Below are positions 53,401 to 64,000 of a stretch of 64,000 nt of DNA, piece after piece. The stretch comes from Amoebophrya sp. A120 (taxonomy: Eukaryota > Protista > Dinoflagellata): positions 3,071,144-3,135,143 of the forward strand of contig CAJINV010000011.1 in assembly GCA_905178155.1 (NCBI GenBank), read 5' to 3'. The notes beneath the pieces were generated by a model. It searched no databases, was not told where the DNA came from, and saw only the letters and a program-made list of their open reading frames with translations. The position numbers and the translations under genes are program-made. The stretch's first letter is position 1. Each line of letters begins with the position of its first letter.

Positions 53401-56400
53401 CCGAACCGAGCCGGGAGATCCCGTAGATCGAGACACACGACCCGAGTCTAGCGAAGCTTCTCACACTCAAGCAGGAAGACGTTTTCACGTTCCCCAGCTC
53501 CACGCCAAATTCGTTCGCGCGCCAGACTTCGTAGTTGCCGCATTCCGCCTTGACCTTTCCGTACACGGATAGAGCCGACCCGAACCGCATGTACGCCCGC
53601 ACTGACATGGTGGAACCGAGGGTGAGGAAATCCAGGACGGATAAACTCGACCCCAGCCGCTGCATGCCATACACCGACGCCGAGCTGCCGAATTTTAAAA
53701 ACCCTCTCAGCGACATCGCAGAGCCGAAGTGCGTGTAATCCAAAACCGAAATGCAGCTCCCCACCCGCATCAGTGCGAGAACGGACAATTCCGATCCTAA
53801 CCTCGAGACGTTCCTCAATGACAGCGCCGTTCCCAGCTGCAGAAAGTCGCACACGCTCATGGGTTTCGCGAGTTTCAAATGGTGGAACAGCGACATGGCG
53901 CTGCTCTGGCGGAGGACCGTGCGGAGAGACAACGAACTTCCCATGTGCAGGTAGGAGATGATCGACATTCGGTGTCCCAGCTTCGTCGTCGTGAACACGG
54001 ACATGGTAGATTGTGTCCGGATGAAGCCCCGCAACGAGCAGCTCGACCCGAAGTGCGCCCAGGACGGCATGGAGAATTCCGCCCCCAATCTCGTCTGCGA
54101 CATGATCGACATCCGGCTGCCAATCCGCACATTGGCCCGGACGGAGAGGGCAGAACCCAGATACGTGTAGCTCATGGTCGACATCTTTTGCGAATTCACG
54201 TTGAAGTTCGTCAGTAAGGACAACCCGGAGCCCAACCTCGTGTAGCTTCGGCAGGACAAAGTGCTTCCAAGAGTTAGCGCTTCCCCGACGGAGAACGGCT
54301 GCTCGAACAGCACTTTTCCCACCAACGAGTAGCAGGACCCGCAGCGGAGGAAGCCCCGGAGCGAGATCGCAGAGCCGAACGTGACGTAATTTAACACGGA
54401 GATGTTGCTGCTGATCCGGTTCCAGGATAAAACGCTCAGATGCGACCCGATGCGCGCGTAATTCCTCAAGGACAGCGAGCTGCCCATGGCGAACTGATCT
54501 AGGATGGAAACGTCTTTCGCGAACTCCGTTCTTGTGATCACGGAGAGGGTAGAACCGAGTCTGGCGTACCCGCGTAGCGAAAGCGCACTTCCCAGCGTGC
54601 ACCACTCCGAGAGGGACAACGCTTCGCCGAGCGTGCACTTTCTGATCACCGAACACGTGGAGCCGATCCGGAGGTAGCTGCGGAGGGATAACGAGCTGCC
54701 GAGTGCGGTGTACGTCGCGGTGGAAAGATGTGAGCCTAACCTGGTTAACCCCAACACAGACATCCCCGACGCGCAACGCAGAACGTTCCTCAATGAGAGC
54801 GCGGACCCGAGCACCGTGAAGTCAAACACGGACAAGCTAGATCCGGCTCTGACAAGCGATATGACGGACAAAGCGGATCCAACTCTACTGTACTGCCGCG
54901 TGGACAAAGAAGTCCCAAGCACGCAGAAATCGAACAAGCTCATCCTCGCCTCGATCCTCAGCTGCGGGCCGAAGACCGAGAGGTTAGAACCCATTCGGCA
55001 GTAGTGGCGGAGGGACAACGTGCTGGAGATCTCGCAGCAGTCCAGGACCGATAGCATGCTCCCCATCCTGCTCATCCCGTACACGGACACCGCGGAGCCC
55101 AGTCTCGTGTAGCTGCGAACACTCAACGCAGAGCCCAAGCCGAATAAATCGACCAAGGAGCACGAAGAGCCCAGTCTCGCCACCCCGTACACAGACAAAC
55201 TGGACCCGAACCGCATGCAGTTCCTGACCGAAACGGTGCTTCCCAAAATGAGGAAGTCGAGCAGGGAAATCGTCGACCCCAGGCGACTCATCCCGAACAG
55301 GGATAAAGAGCTCCCTAGTCTCGCGCAGTTCCGGATCGACATTGAACTCCCGATGGCGCAGAAGTCGATCAAAGACAGTGCAGAACCTAATCTCGAAACG
55401 CCGAAAACGGAGAGACTAGAGCCGAATCGCGCGCAAGACCGGACGGACACGGTGGAGCCAATGTGCAGCATGTCGATTAAGGAGATTGCTGATCCAAGCC
55501 GGTTCATGCCGTACACAGAGCAGGAACTCGATAGCCTCCCGAAATTCCGCAAAGAAACCGAGCTGCCCATCGTCGCGAAATCCAGGCAGCTGGTCGCCGT
55601 GCCGATCCGCGCCATGCCGTAAATCGAGCAGCTCGAACTGAGTCTCGCGTAGTTCCTTAGGCTGACGGACGAGCCGATGCTGACGAAATCCAATATCGAG
55701 ATGTTGGAGCCGATCCGCGCAATGCCGAACGTCGACATGGAGGAACCAAGCCGGGAGAAACTCCGGCAGCTGATGGACGATCCGAGACTGAACATGTCCA
55801 GCATCGACATGCAGCTGGCAACCCGTAATAGCCCGTAGACGGAGAGACTCGAGCCGAACCGGGCGAAGTTTCTGCAGGATACCGTGCTGGCCATCATGAC
55901 CGAGTCGAGCACCGACAACTGGCTGGCGAGTAACGCCGTGCCGAACACGGAAATGCTGCTGCCGAACCGCATGTAGGTGCGGAGGGACAAAGACGATCCG
56001 AGTTGCAATAGATCCAGTATGCTCATGTTGGAACCGAGTCTTGCACTCCCGTAGAGGGAAATGCTGGATCCGAATCTGCAGAACCCGCGCAGGCTCATCG
56101 AACTACCCAAACTCGTGGCGTCCAAAACGGAGAGCGAGCTGCCGCACCGGAGAATGCCGTAAACACTCGCCGCAGATCCTAGTCGCGCAAAGCTGCGGAC
56201 CGACAAAGCGGACCCTAAATGCACGCTGTCGAGGACGGAGAGGTTGCTACCGTAGCCCAGGCAACGTAGAATCGACAAGGAACTTCCGAAGCGAGCGTAG
56301 TGCCTTAAGGACACCGAGCTCCCCAGCTGCAGCATGTCCAGCACGCTCAACGTGCTGCCCGCCCGCATCTGCGACATCACGGATAAAGCGGACCCGAACC

Positions 56401-59400
56401 GACTGTAATGCCGCACGGATAAAGTGCTCCCCAGCAGCAAGCAGTCGAGCACGGACATCTGGGACCCGAGTCTGCACATTCCGTAGACGGAAACGCTGGA
56501 ACCGAATCTGGCCCACTGGCGACAGGACAAAGACGAGCCGAGCTGCAGCCAATCTAAAACTGAAACCCCAGTTCCGCCCGTCGCGGAGCCGATCCGCACG
56601 GTTTGCAAGACCGACAAGTTGCTCCCGAGCCGCAAGTAGCTTCGCAGGGACATGGAAGATCCAAATTCGGTCATCGCCAACACCGACAGATCGCTGCCGA
56701 ACCTGTTTTCTCCCACGTTCCTCAGCAAACTCAAGGAGCTCCCGATTCGCATGTACCCCCGCAGCGACAAGCTGGATCCGAGGTCCGTGCGGTCGAGAAC
56801 GGAGAGGTTTCCACCTAAATATTCCTTCCGGTAAATCGAAACTGCCGATCCCATGCGCTGGTAACTGCGGAGCGACAAGGTACTACCCATGTTCACGAAG
56901 TCCAGCACCGACGCGGAGGAACCCAGGCGGCTCAATCCGTAGACGGACAAGCTCGATCCGAACCGGCTGTACGCACGGAGACTCATCGAGCTTCCCAGCT
57001 GCATCCAGTCGAGCACGGAGTAGACCGAACCCAACGTCTCCCGGCTCATCACGCTCAGGCAGCTGCCAAGGCGGATGGTCGAGCGGAGCGACATGTTGCT
57101 GCCGATGTGGATGACATCCAACACAGACAAACTGCTGCCCAGCGTCATGACCCCGTACAGACTGTACGCCGATCCCATCCGGCAGAAGTGCCGGAGCGAG
57201 ACAGTGCTGCCTAAGTGTAGGAAGTCCAGGACGGATAAAGACGAGCCGAATTTCGTGCTGTGGAACAAGCTGAAGCCACTCCCGATTCGGAGCATCTGGC
57301 GGACCGACATGGAACTGCCCAGCTGCACGTAGTCCAGGATGGAAATCCGGGATCCGCACCTCACCTGGTCGAACACGGAAAGGCAAGACCCGCAACGGAG
57401 GTAGTGCCGGATGCTCAAACTTGATCCCAAGTACACGTTGTCCAACACGCTCAAGCACGTTCCCAGGGTCAGTTTCGCGAACACGGACACACCTGATCCC
57501 ATTCTGGAGTAATGACGCAAGGACACGGAGGATCCCAGCACCAGCATGTCCAGCACGCTTGCTACACTCCCTAACCGGCAGCACCCGTAAAGCGAGAAGC
57601 TGGAGCCCAAACGGACGAAGGAGCGGAGGGACAAAGCGGATCCTAATTGCAGCATGTCGATGATGGAGAGTTGTGAGCCCATGCTGGTCTTGCTCATCAC
57701 CGAGATCGTTGACCCGAACCGCATGTAGTGCCGCAAGGACAACGTCGTGCCGCACTGCACGTAGTCCAGAATCGACAAATTCGAACCCAGCGTCACTTTT
57801 CGGAACACCGAAATCGCGGAGCCGTGCCGGATGTAGTTCCGCAGGGAAAGTGACGACCCGAAGAACGCCGCGTCTAGGATTGACAAATTACTCCCTTGCT
57901 GGAACTCGCTGTAGACACTGCAAGCAGACGCCAGTCGGATGTAGTTCCGGAGGGACAAAGAGGTCCCTAAACGCGTCGCGTCAAGAATGGACAATGTCGT
58001 GCCACACTGCATTTTGCTAATAACGGAGTAGCAGGACCCGAACCGCATGTAGGAGCGTAAAGACATGGACGTTCCGAGGTGCAGGCAATCCAGAATCGAC
58101 GTCGTGGACCCCAATCTTGCCCAGTTGATCACGGACACAATGGATCCGAGTCGCTGGTACGACCGGAGCGACAAAGTCGTCCCGAGGCTCACCGCGTCCA
58201 GAACCGACAATGCCACGCCGGTGTTGCCGCACCGGAGCTTGTCAAAAACGGATACCGTCGACCCGTAGCGGAAGTAACTGCGCATAGACAAGGAACTCGC
58301 TAACTGCGAGAACTCCAGCACGGACAGGCAGCTGCCGAACCGCGTTCCCTCCATCATGCAGCTCATCCCGCTTCCGTACCTCAAATAGCTCCTTAAAGAC
58401 AAGTTCGACCCCAAGTTCACCATATCTAAAATCGACACCCGGGACCCAAACGTCGCGCGACTGCAGACCGACAAGTTGCTTCCAAACCGGAACACCGCCC
58501 GGACGCTCATGGCGGAAGATAATTGCGTGAAGTCCAGCACGGATAACACACTCCCCAGCCTGCACTGCGAGAAGAAGCTGGTTGTGGACGCACACCGGAG
58601 GTAATGGCGCATCGACAAGCTTGACCCCAAGTTCAAGCAGTCGAGCAAACTGAGGGTGCTCCCGAGTCTGGCTAAGCCGAAGACAGAGATGGAAGATCCA
58701 CAACGGATATAGCTTCTCATGCTCAAACAGCTACCCAGCTGCGTGCTGTCCAAAACCGACATGGTCACGCCGACGCGGAGCGTGTTGATGATCGAGGTGG
58801 TGGAGCCGAAGCGGACGTAGTTCCGGACGGACAAAGAACTCCCCAGCCCGACGAAATCCAGCAAGCTAATCGTCGTCCCCACGCGGCACCAATTCATCAC
58901 GGAGACCACAGAGCCCAGTCGCTTGTAACAACGGAGGGACAACGTCGATCCCTGGTTGATGAAGTCCAATATCGAGGAACTAGACCCGAGTCTCGCAATC
59001 CCGTACAGCGAGATCGTGCTGCCGAACCGGACGTAGGACCGAAGGGACAGACTCGACCCGAGCTGGAGCGTATCGAGTAAAGAGACGTTCGACCCCATTC
59101 TCGCCCATTGCAAGACGGAAATCGCCGACCCCAGTCGGATCATGCTCCGGAGGGACAAATTGCTGCCGCAGTGGAGGATGTCCAACACACTCAACGTACT
59201 GCCCAACAGCGTCATGCCGTAGACAGAATGCGCGGACCCGAGGCGCGTGTAGGATCTCATGGACAAGGTGGAGCCCAATGGTAAAATGTCCAAAATCGAG
59301 ATACTCGACCCCAATGTGTACATTCCGTAGACGGAAAAGCTACTCCCAAGCCGGCAGCAGTGTCTTAGCGACAGAGAACTGCCCAACTGCGCGGAATCCA

Positions 59401-62400
59401 AAACGCTCAGATGGTGCCCGAGCCGCACCTTTTCAATCATGGACAACGTCGACCCGATGCGGAGGTAGTTTCGGACGGACAAACTTGACCCGATATCCGT
59501 GAAATCCAACACGGAGAAGCTGTAGGTCTGGTCCACACGGGAAATGATCGACACGCCACTCCCGAGACGCAAGTAACTCCGCAGCGACAGGCACGACCCG
59601 AGGTAGGTGCTATCTAAGACGGAAATCCCGCTGCCCAGTCGGAACATTCCGTAGAGACTAACACTAGAGCCAAGCCGGGAAAAGTTCCGGACGGAGATCG
59701 CTGACCCTAATTCCAGCAGATCCAGCACCGACAAGCAACTTCCCACTTTGCTGATTCCGTACATGGACAAAGTGGACCCCAGTCGCGTGTAGGATCTTAC
59801 CGAAATCGTGGATCCGAACTGGATGAAATCGATTAAACTGCAGTTCGACCCGAGTCTCGTCATCCCGTAGATGCTCATTGCGCTTCCAACCCGGCAGAAG
59901 TTCCGGACGGAGATGCAGCTGCCCATCTGGACGTAGTCCAATGTTGACAGCGCGGATCCGAGTCTCGTCGCGCCGAACACGCTGATCGTACTCCCCAACC
60001 TGGCGAAGGATCGGGTGGATAACGTTGACCCCAGCTGGCAAAAGTCGAGGACGGACACCGCGGACCCGAGTCTGCTCATCCCGTACACGGAGACGGTGGA
60101 AGAGAGTCGCATGTAGGACCTGACGGACAATGTGCTGCCTAAATGGCAGATGTCCAGGATCGACATGGAGGAGCCCAACTTCGAGATTCCGTAGACACTC
60201 GCTCCGCTGGACAGCCTCGAGAAGTACCGCATGGAGACGCACGAGCCGCAATGTAAAAGGTCCAGCAAAGATAACGACGATCCCAGCCTTGTCATGCCGT
60301 ACACGCTGCAAGTGGACCCGAGTCGCGCGTAGTTCCGGAAGGACAAGCTGGAGCCGAGCTCGAGCACGTCCAGAATTGACAAATTTGACCCTAACCTCGT
60401 CAACCCGAACACGGACGTGCTGGACCCGAGCCGTAGGAAGTACCGCATGGAAACGGAAGAACCTAAGTGCATCAGGTCCAACACAGAGACCACCGACCCG
60501 ATCCGGTTCATCCCGTAAATTGACATGGAGGAGCCAAGTCTCGCGTAGTACCTGACGCTGATACTGGACCCCAGCTCCAACATGTCCAACACCGAGATAT
60601 TCGATCCCATCCGCTGCATCCCATAGACGCTCATCGAACTACCGAGGCGGGCGAAGTTCCTGACGGAGAGATTCGACCCCAGCCAGAAGTAGTCGATTAA
60701 CGAGACAGACGACCCTAATTTCACCGCGCCGTAAATCGACAAAGACGAGCCGCACCGTGCGTAGGTTCTGACGCTGATCGTGGAGGAAAGACTCAAGAAG
60801 TCGATCATGGAGGTCGCGGAGCCCATTTTCACCATGCCGTAAACCGAGAGCGAACTTCCCATCCGGGCGAAGTTCCGAACGGAGAAGGAACTGCCGATCT
60901 GGATCTCGTCTAACACGGACAAGTTGCTACCCAATCTCGTCATTCCGAACATGCTGCAAGTGGAGCTCAATCGGAAGAAGTTCCGGACGGAAAGACAGGA
61001 TCCGAGTTGAATGGTGTCAATCAGCGACAGATTCGAGCTCAACCGCGTGATTCCGTATACGCTCAGCCCGCTGCCGAGTCGCAGCATGTTGCGCAGACTG
61101 AAGCTGGAGCCGAGCTGCAGCCAGTCTAGTACCGACATGGAGGACGCCGTGTGGATTATCCCGTACACGGATAAGCTGGAGCCTAACCGGTAAAAGTTCC
61201 GCATGGAAATCGACGAGCCGATCTGCAGGTAGTCCAGAACCGAGCACTGGGAAGATAATGATACCGCGCCGAACACGGAAATCGTGCTACCGACTCGGGA
61301 CCAGGCTCTGCACGACATCATGCTGCCGACGTGCAGGAAATCCAGCACGGACAAACAGCTGCCGAACTTGGACAGACCGTAGACGGACAAGCAACTGCCG
61401 ATCCGGGAGAAGTTCCGGACGGACAAACTGCTGCCGATGTGCGTGCAGTCCAGGATGGAAAACGACGATCCGAGCCGGAGTAACCCAAACACGGACAGAC
61501 TGCTCCCGATCCGGAGGAAGTTCCGCAAAGACATGCAACTACCCAACTGCAGTGTGTCGAGCACGGACAATCTGCTTCCCAATAACGTCGCACCATACAC
61601 CGAGAAGGAGCTCCCGAATCGTGCGAAGCTGCGGACCGAGATGGAGCTGCCCATGTGGAGGATATCCAAAACTGAGATGTTCGACCCGAGTCCCCGAATC
61701 CCGTACACCGAGCAGCTGCTCCCCAGTCTGACGAAACTGCGCACGGACATGGAAGATCCAAGCGCCAGCATGTCGATTAGGGAGAGCATTGTGCCAATCC
61801 GCGCCATTCCGTACACGGACAACGTTGATCCAACTCGGCAGTAGTTCCGCACCGACATGGTGCTTCCCACGCCGAGGAAATCCAACAACGACAGGTTACT
61901 CGCGAGCCGGTTCAGCCCGAACACGGAGAGGGAACTTCCGATCCGCAAGAAGTTTCTCGTGGATAAAACCGACCCGAAGCTGTTGAAGTCCAAGGCGGAC
62001 AAAGCGGACCCCACTCGCGCCATGCCGTAGCAAGACATGGAGGATCCCAGTCGCGCGAACCTGCGGAAGGAGAAGGAAGAGCCGAGTTGCACGTAGTCGA
62101 GAATGGACAAACAACTCGACACTTTCCCGATCCCGTAGACGGACATGGAGCTTCCCAGTCGGCAGAAGTACCGCGTGGAAATGTTCGACCCGACCTGGGA
62201 AAAGTCCAAGGTGGACAACATCGAACCCAGCCGGATCTGCCCGTAGAGGCTGCAGCTACTCCCCAGTCTGGAGAACGTTCTGGTGCTGAACGCGGAGCCC
62301 ATGTTCACGAAGTCCAAGATCGACAACGCGGACCCGAGCTTGGAAATGCCCCAGATGGACACGCAGCTGCCGAGTCTGGCGAACCCGCGGACGGAGCAGG

Positions 62401-64000
62401 TGGAGGACAAAGTCAGTAAATCCAAGACGGATAAGCTGCTGCCCATCCTCGCCATTCCGAACACGGAGATCGAGCTGCCCAACCGCGCCATCGACCGCAA
62501 AGAGAAACTCGACGCGAGATGCGTGAAGTCCAACACCGACAAGGAACTCCCGATCCTGCCCATGCCGTAGAAGGAGCAGGTGGATCCTAACCTTCCGAAC
62601 GTCCGGAGCGATATGGTCGACCCGAGCGAGTTGAAATCGACGACGGAGACGAAGGAGCCCAGTCGTTGCATTCCGAAGACGGAGATAGAAGACCCGATCC
62701 TTGCAAACATCCGTAATGACAAGCAACTCCCGACCTGGAAGAAGTCCAAGGTGGATAAACACCGGTTTGGGTCCCTGCAGTCGAAGTGCCTTTGCGCCAA
62801 CCTCGCGCCGCCGAAGATGGACAGAGTTGATCCCATTCGCGCGTAACCGCGTAAGGACAGCGCCGACCCGATGTAGCAGGAATCCAACACGGAGCACGGG
62901 TGGAATTTCGATAACCTCGCCAGCCCGTACAGCGATAAACTCGACCCCATCCTGGTGAACTGCCGGACTCTCGCGCCGCCGCCCCGCACATTCCCGCGGA
63001 ACTGGAAGTGGAAACCGTTCTGGTTGTTCGCGAGAATGGTGGATGGGAAGTACGCCATCACGTACCGGGGGTTCTCGATCGCCTCGCCGAAGGTCACCGT
63101 GCCGGTGTGGAAGGTTTCAATCCGATTCCACACTGTCGCGCTTGTCACCGCGAAATCGTGTGTATAATACGCTTGGAAGTAGTTCTGGATGTAGTCCGTG
63201 TCCGCGCCGGTCACTTCGAACCCAAACGGGTGCTGATCCCGTAGGTCAAAAGTCACCTCAAACTGCCCGTTCCCAGACACCGCGACACCGTCGGTCGCCG
63301 TCCCCCCGATCGGGTCCGGGAAAATGATGTCGTTTAAAGTCCCGCCGGAAAGCGACGCGACGCCCGACTGAATGAAGTCGGTGATCGACAGTTTTCCCGT
63401 GAGAGGTCCGCCACCGAGTCTTGTCGGGAACATCCCTCGGCCGAGATTCACGAAGTCCAACACGGAGAGACTCTTTCCGATGGTTGCGACCCCGTAGGCT
63501 GAGAAGGAAGAACCCAGTCTGACAAAAGACCGCAGCGTTAAGCTCGATCCCATCTGACAGAACGACATCACGGACAGGCTGGACGCGAGCTGCACGAGCC
63601 CGTAGTTGGACAAAGCCGAGCCTAACCGGAAAAACTTCCGAACGGACAGTTCATTCGCACCGACGCCGAAGTCCAAAATCGACAGGCAGGACCCCAATCG
63701 AGCGCATTTGTAGCAACTAGCCGAGCTGCCGACGCGGAAGAAGGACCTTAACGAGACAGAAGACCCAAAAGTCGCAAAATCCAAGCAGGATAAACACGAC
63801 CCCAGCCTCGCCATCCCGTACAGAGATAACGCGACGTTGCCCCGTTGGTGCCTGCTCGCGGCGTTGTTGTGAATGGAATACGCCGCGCCGATTCTCGCAA
63901 AGTGCCGGACGGAAAGGCTGGAACCGAAGGAAACGTAATCCAACACGGACAAGCAACTGGACAGTCTCGCCGTGCCGAACACGCTGATCGTAGATCCGGC
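11442..64000 (-). CDS. Giant repetitive beta-fibre-like protein with C-terminal Peptidase S74 (intramolecular chaperone) domain; 5'-truncated, at least 16,725 aa, 15 exons in window
   Basis: Exons: >64000-50831, 50563-16286, 16120-15890, 15730-15442, 15235-15014, 14822-14724, 14581-14463, 14299-13972, 13817-13682, 13556-13342, 13176-13054, 12918-12824, 12669-12452, 12258-11894, 11731-11442. All junctions keep phase and continue the repeat or the S74 motifs. The frame is open to the window edge; the track's 'M' at 63982 is a GTG valine inside a repeat. Confidence 0.88.
11682..12516 (-). other. Peptidase S74 / ICA autocleaving chaperone domain (spans the last 3 exons), followed by a coiled coil to about 11500
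   Basis: ISTI-SDQRLKKEVRPL (Ser codon 12514-12516, Lys at +5) ... ALKPVSYHLK ... YGFIAQELGELYPTLV ... YGIRYQDIIAVLTLMVQQ, then ...ADRLRALEKEIAKLRR. All hallmark motifs of the phage endosialidase/tailspike chaperone appear in the expected order. Confidence 0.9.
11732..16285 (-). other. Cluster of 13 short canonical introns (125-206 nt) at the 3' end of the giant gene
   Basis: Introns at 16121-16285, 15731-15889, 15236-15441, 14823-15013, 14582-14723, 14300-14462, 13818-13971, 13557-13681, 13177-13341, 12919-13053, 12670-12823, 12259-12451 and 11732-11893. All begin GTA[C/T], end CAG and are AT-rich. Confidence 0.85.
50569..50830. mobile_element. 262-bp MITE-like introner, family A copy 3, splitting the giant ORF
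   Basis: TIRs tatgcattgcaaatatgtctgggtctggaagatt / aatcttccagacccagacatttttgcaatccata. TSD gctga at 50564-50568 and 50831-50835. Contains in-frame TGA (50768-50770). Removing 267 nt gives KLGSNFS-VQGRMNF, a normal repeat unit. Confidence 0.93.
62975..63439 (-). other. About 155-aa non-repetitive globular insert in the fibre, discoidin/F5-8 type C (galactose-binding-like) candidate
   Basis: The repeat is interrupted by RGMFPTRLGGGP...QFEVTFDLRD...FQAYYTHD...WNRI...VTFGEAIENPRYVMAYF...FHFQFRG, flanked by Gly-rich linkers. The motif order resembles the discoidin xIDL / FxxPxxARYV / ExxG pattern. Confidence 0.45.

Larger units (their letters stand above)
12890..64000 (-). repeat. Protein-level tandem repeat: 12-aa unit GS(S/T/A)LS(V/L/I)xxxxx(L/F/M), with three subtypes forming 36-aa or 24-aa super-repeats
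   Basis: Example: GSSLSVFGLNRL-ASNLSLLDFLGV-GSTMSVRNYCRV. The pattern is continuous through both large ORFs and the small 3' exons. Units are diverged at DNA level, and I saw no long exact nucleotide tandem repeats. Confidence 0.95.

Noticed and set aside
16353-63327. Numerous plus-strand and alternate-frame ORFs (60-440 aa) overlapping the giant gene
   Set aside because: They are antisense or frame shadows of a GC-rich repetitive CDS. They show mirrored periodicity (e.g. RTDKLLP) and no independent domain signal.
11442-64000. Prophage, giant-virus or bacterial origin of the S74 fibre locus
   Set aside because: The gene has 13 spliceosomal introns, including two within the S74 domain, and shares an introner family with neighbouring eukaryotic genes. 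No viral genes are present nearby. Ancient horizontal acquisition of the S74 domain remains possible but cannot be tested from this window.

Overview
Eukaryotic protist DNA. The gene organisation and intron types resemble those described for the parasitic dinoflagellate relative Amoebophrya, but that assignment is an inference. The window holds five co-oriented minus-strand genes, each reconstructed by hand. (1) A 3'-truncated multi-pass membrane protein. (2) TMEM138. (3) A 461-aa unknown protein. (4) A 650-aa SMYD-like SET-domain lysine methyltransferase. (5) One giant gene covering 11442 to beyond 64000 and encoding at least 16,725 aa. The two large ORFs in the track (4404 aa and 11454 aa) are in the same frame and are separated only by a 262-bp TIR element with a 5-bp target-site duplication. 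Thirteen further GT-AG introns join the ORF to a C-terminal Peptidase S74 / intramolecular-chaperone autocleavage domain (SDQRLK) and a coiled coil. The body is roughly 1,300 copies of a 12-aa beta-strand-like repeat with one inserted discoidin-like domain. The architecture resembles a phage tailspike or tail fibre scaled up towards sub-micron length in a eukaryote. Five MITE-like 'introner' insertions (three of one family) interrupt coding sequence. Precise removal restores the frame in each case, yet none has GT-AG ends.
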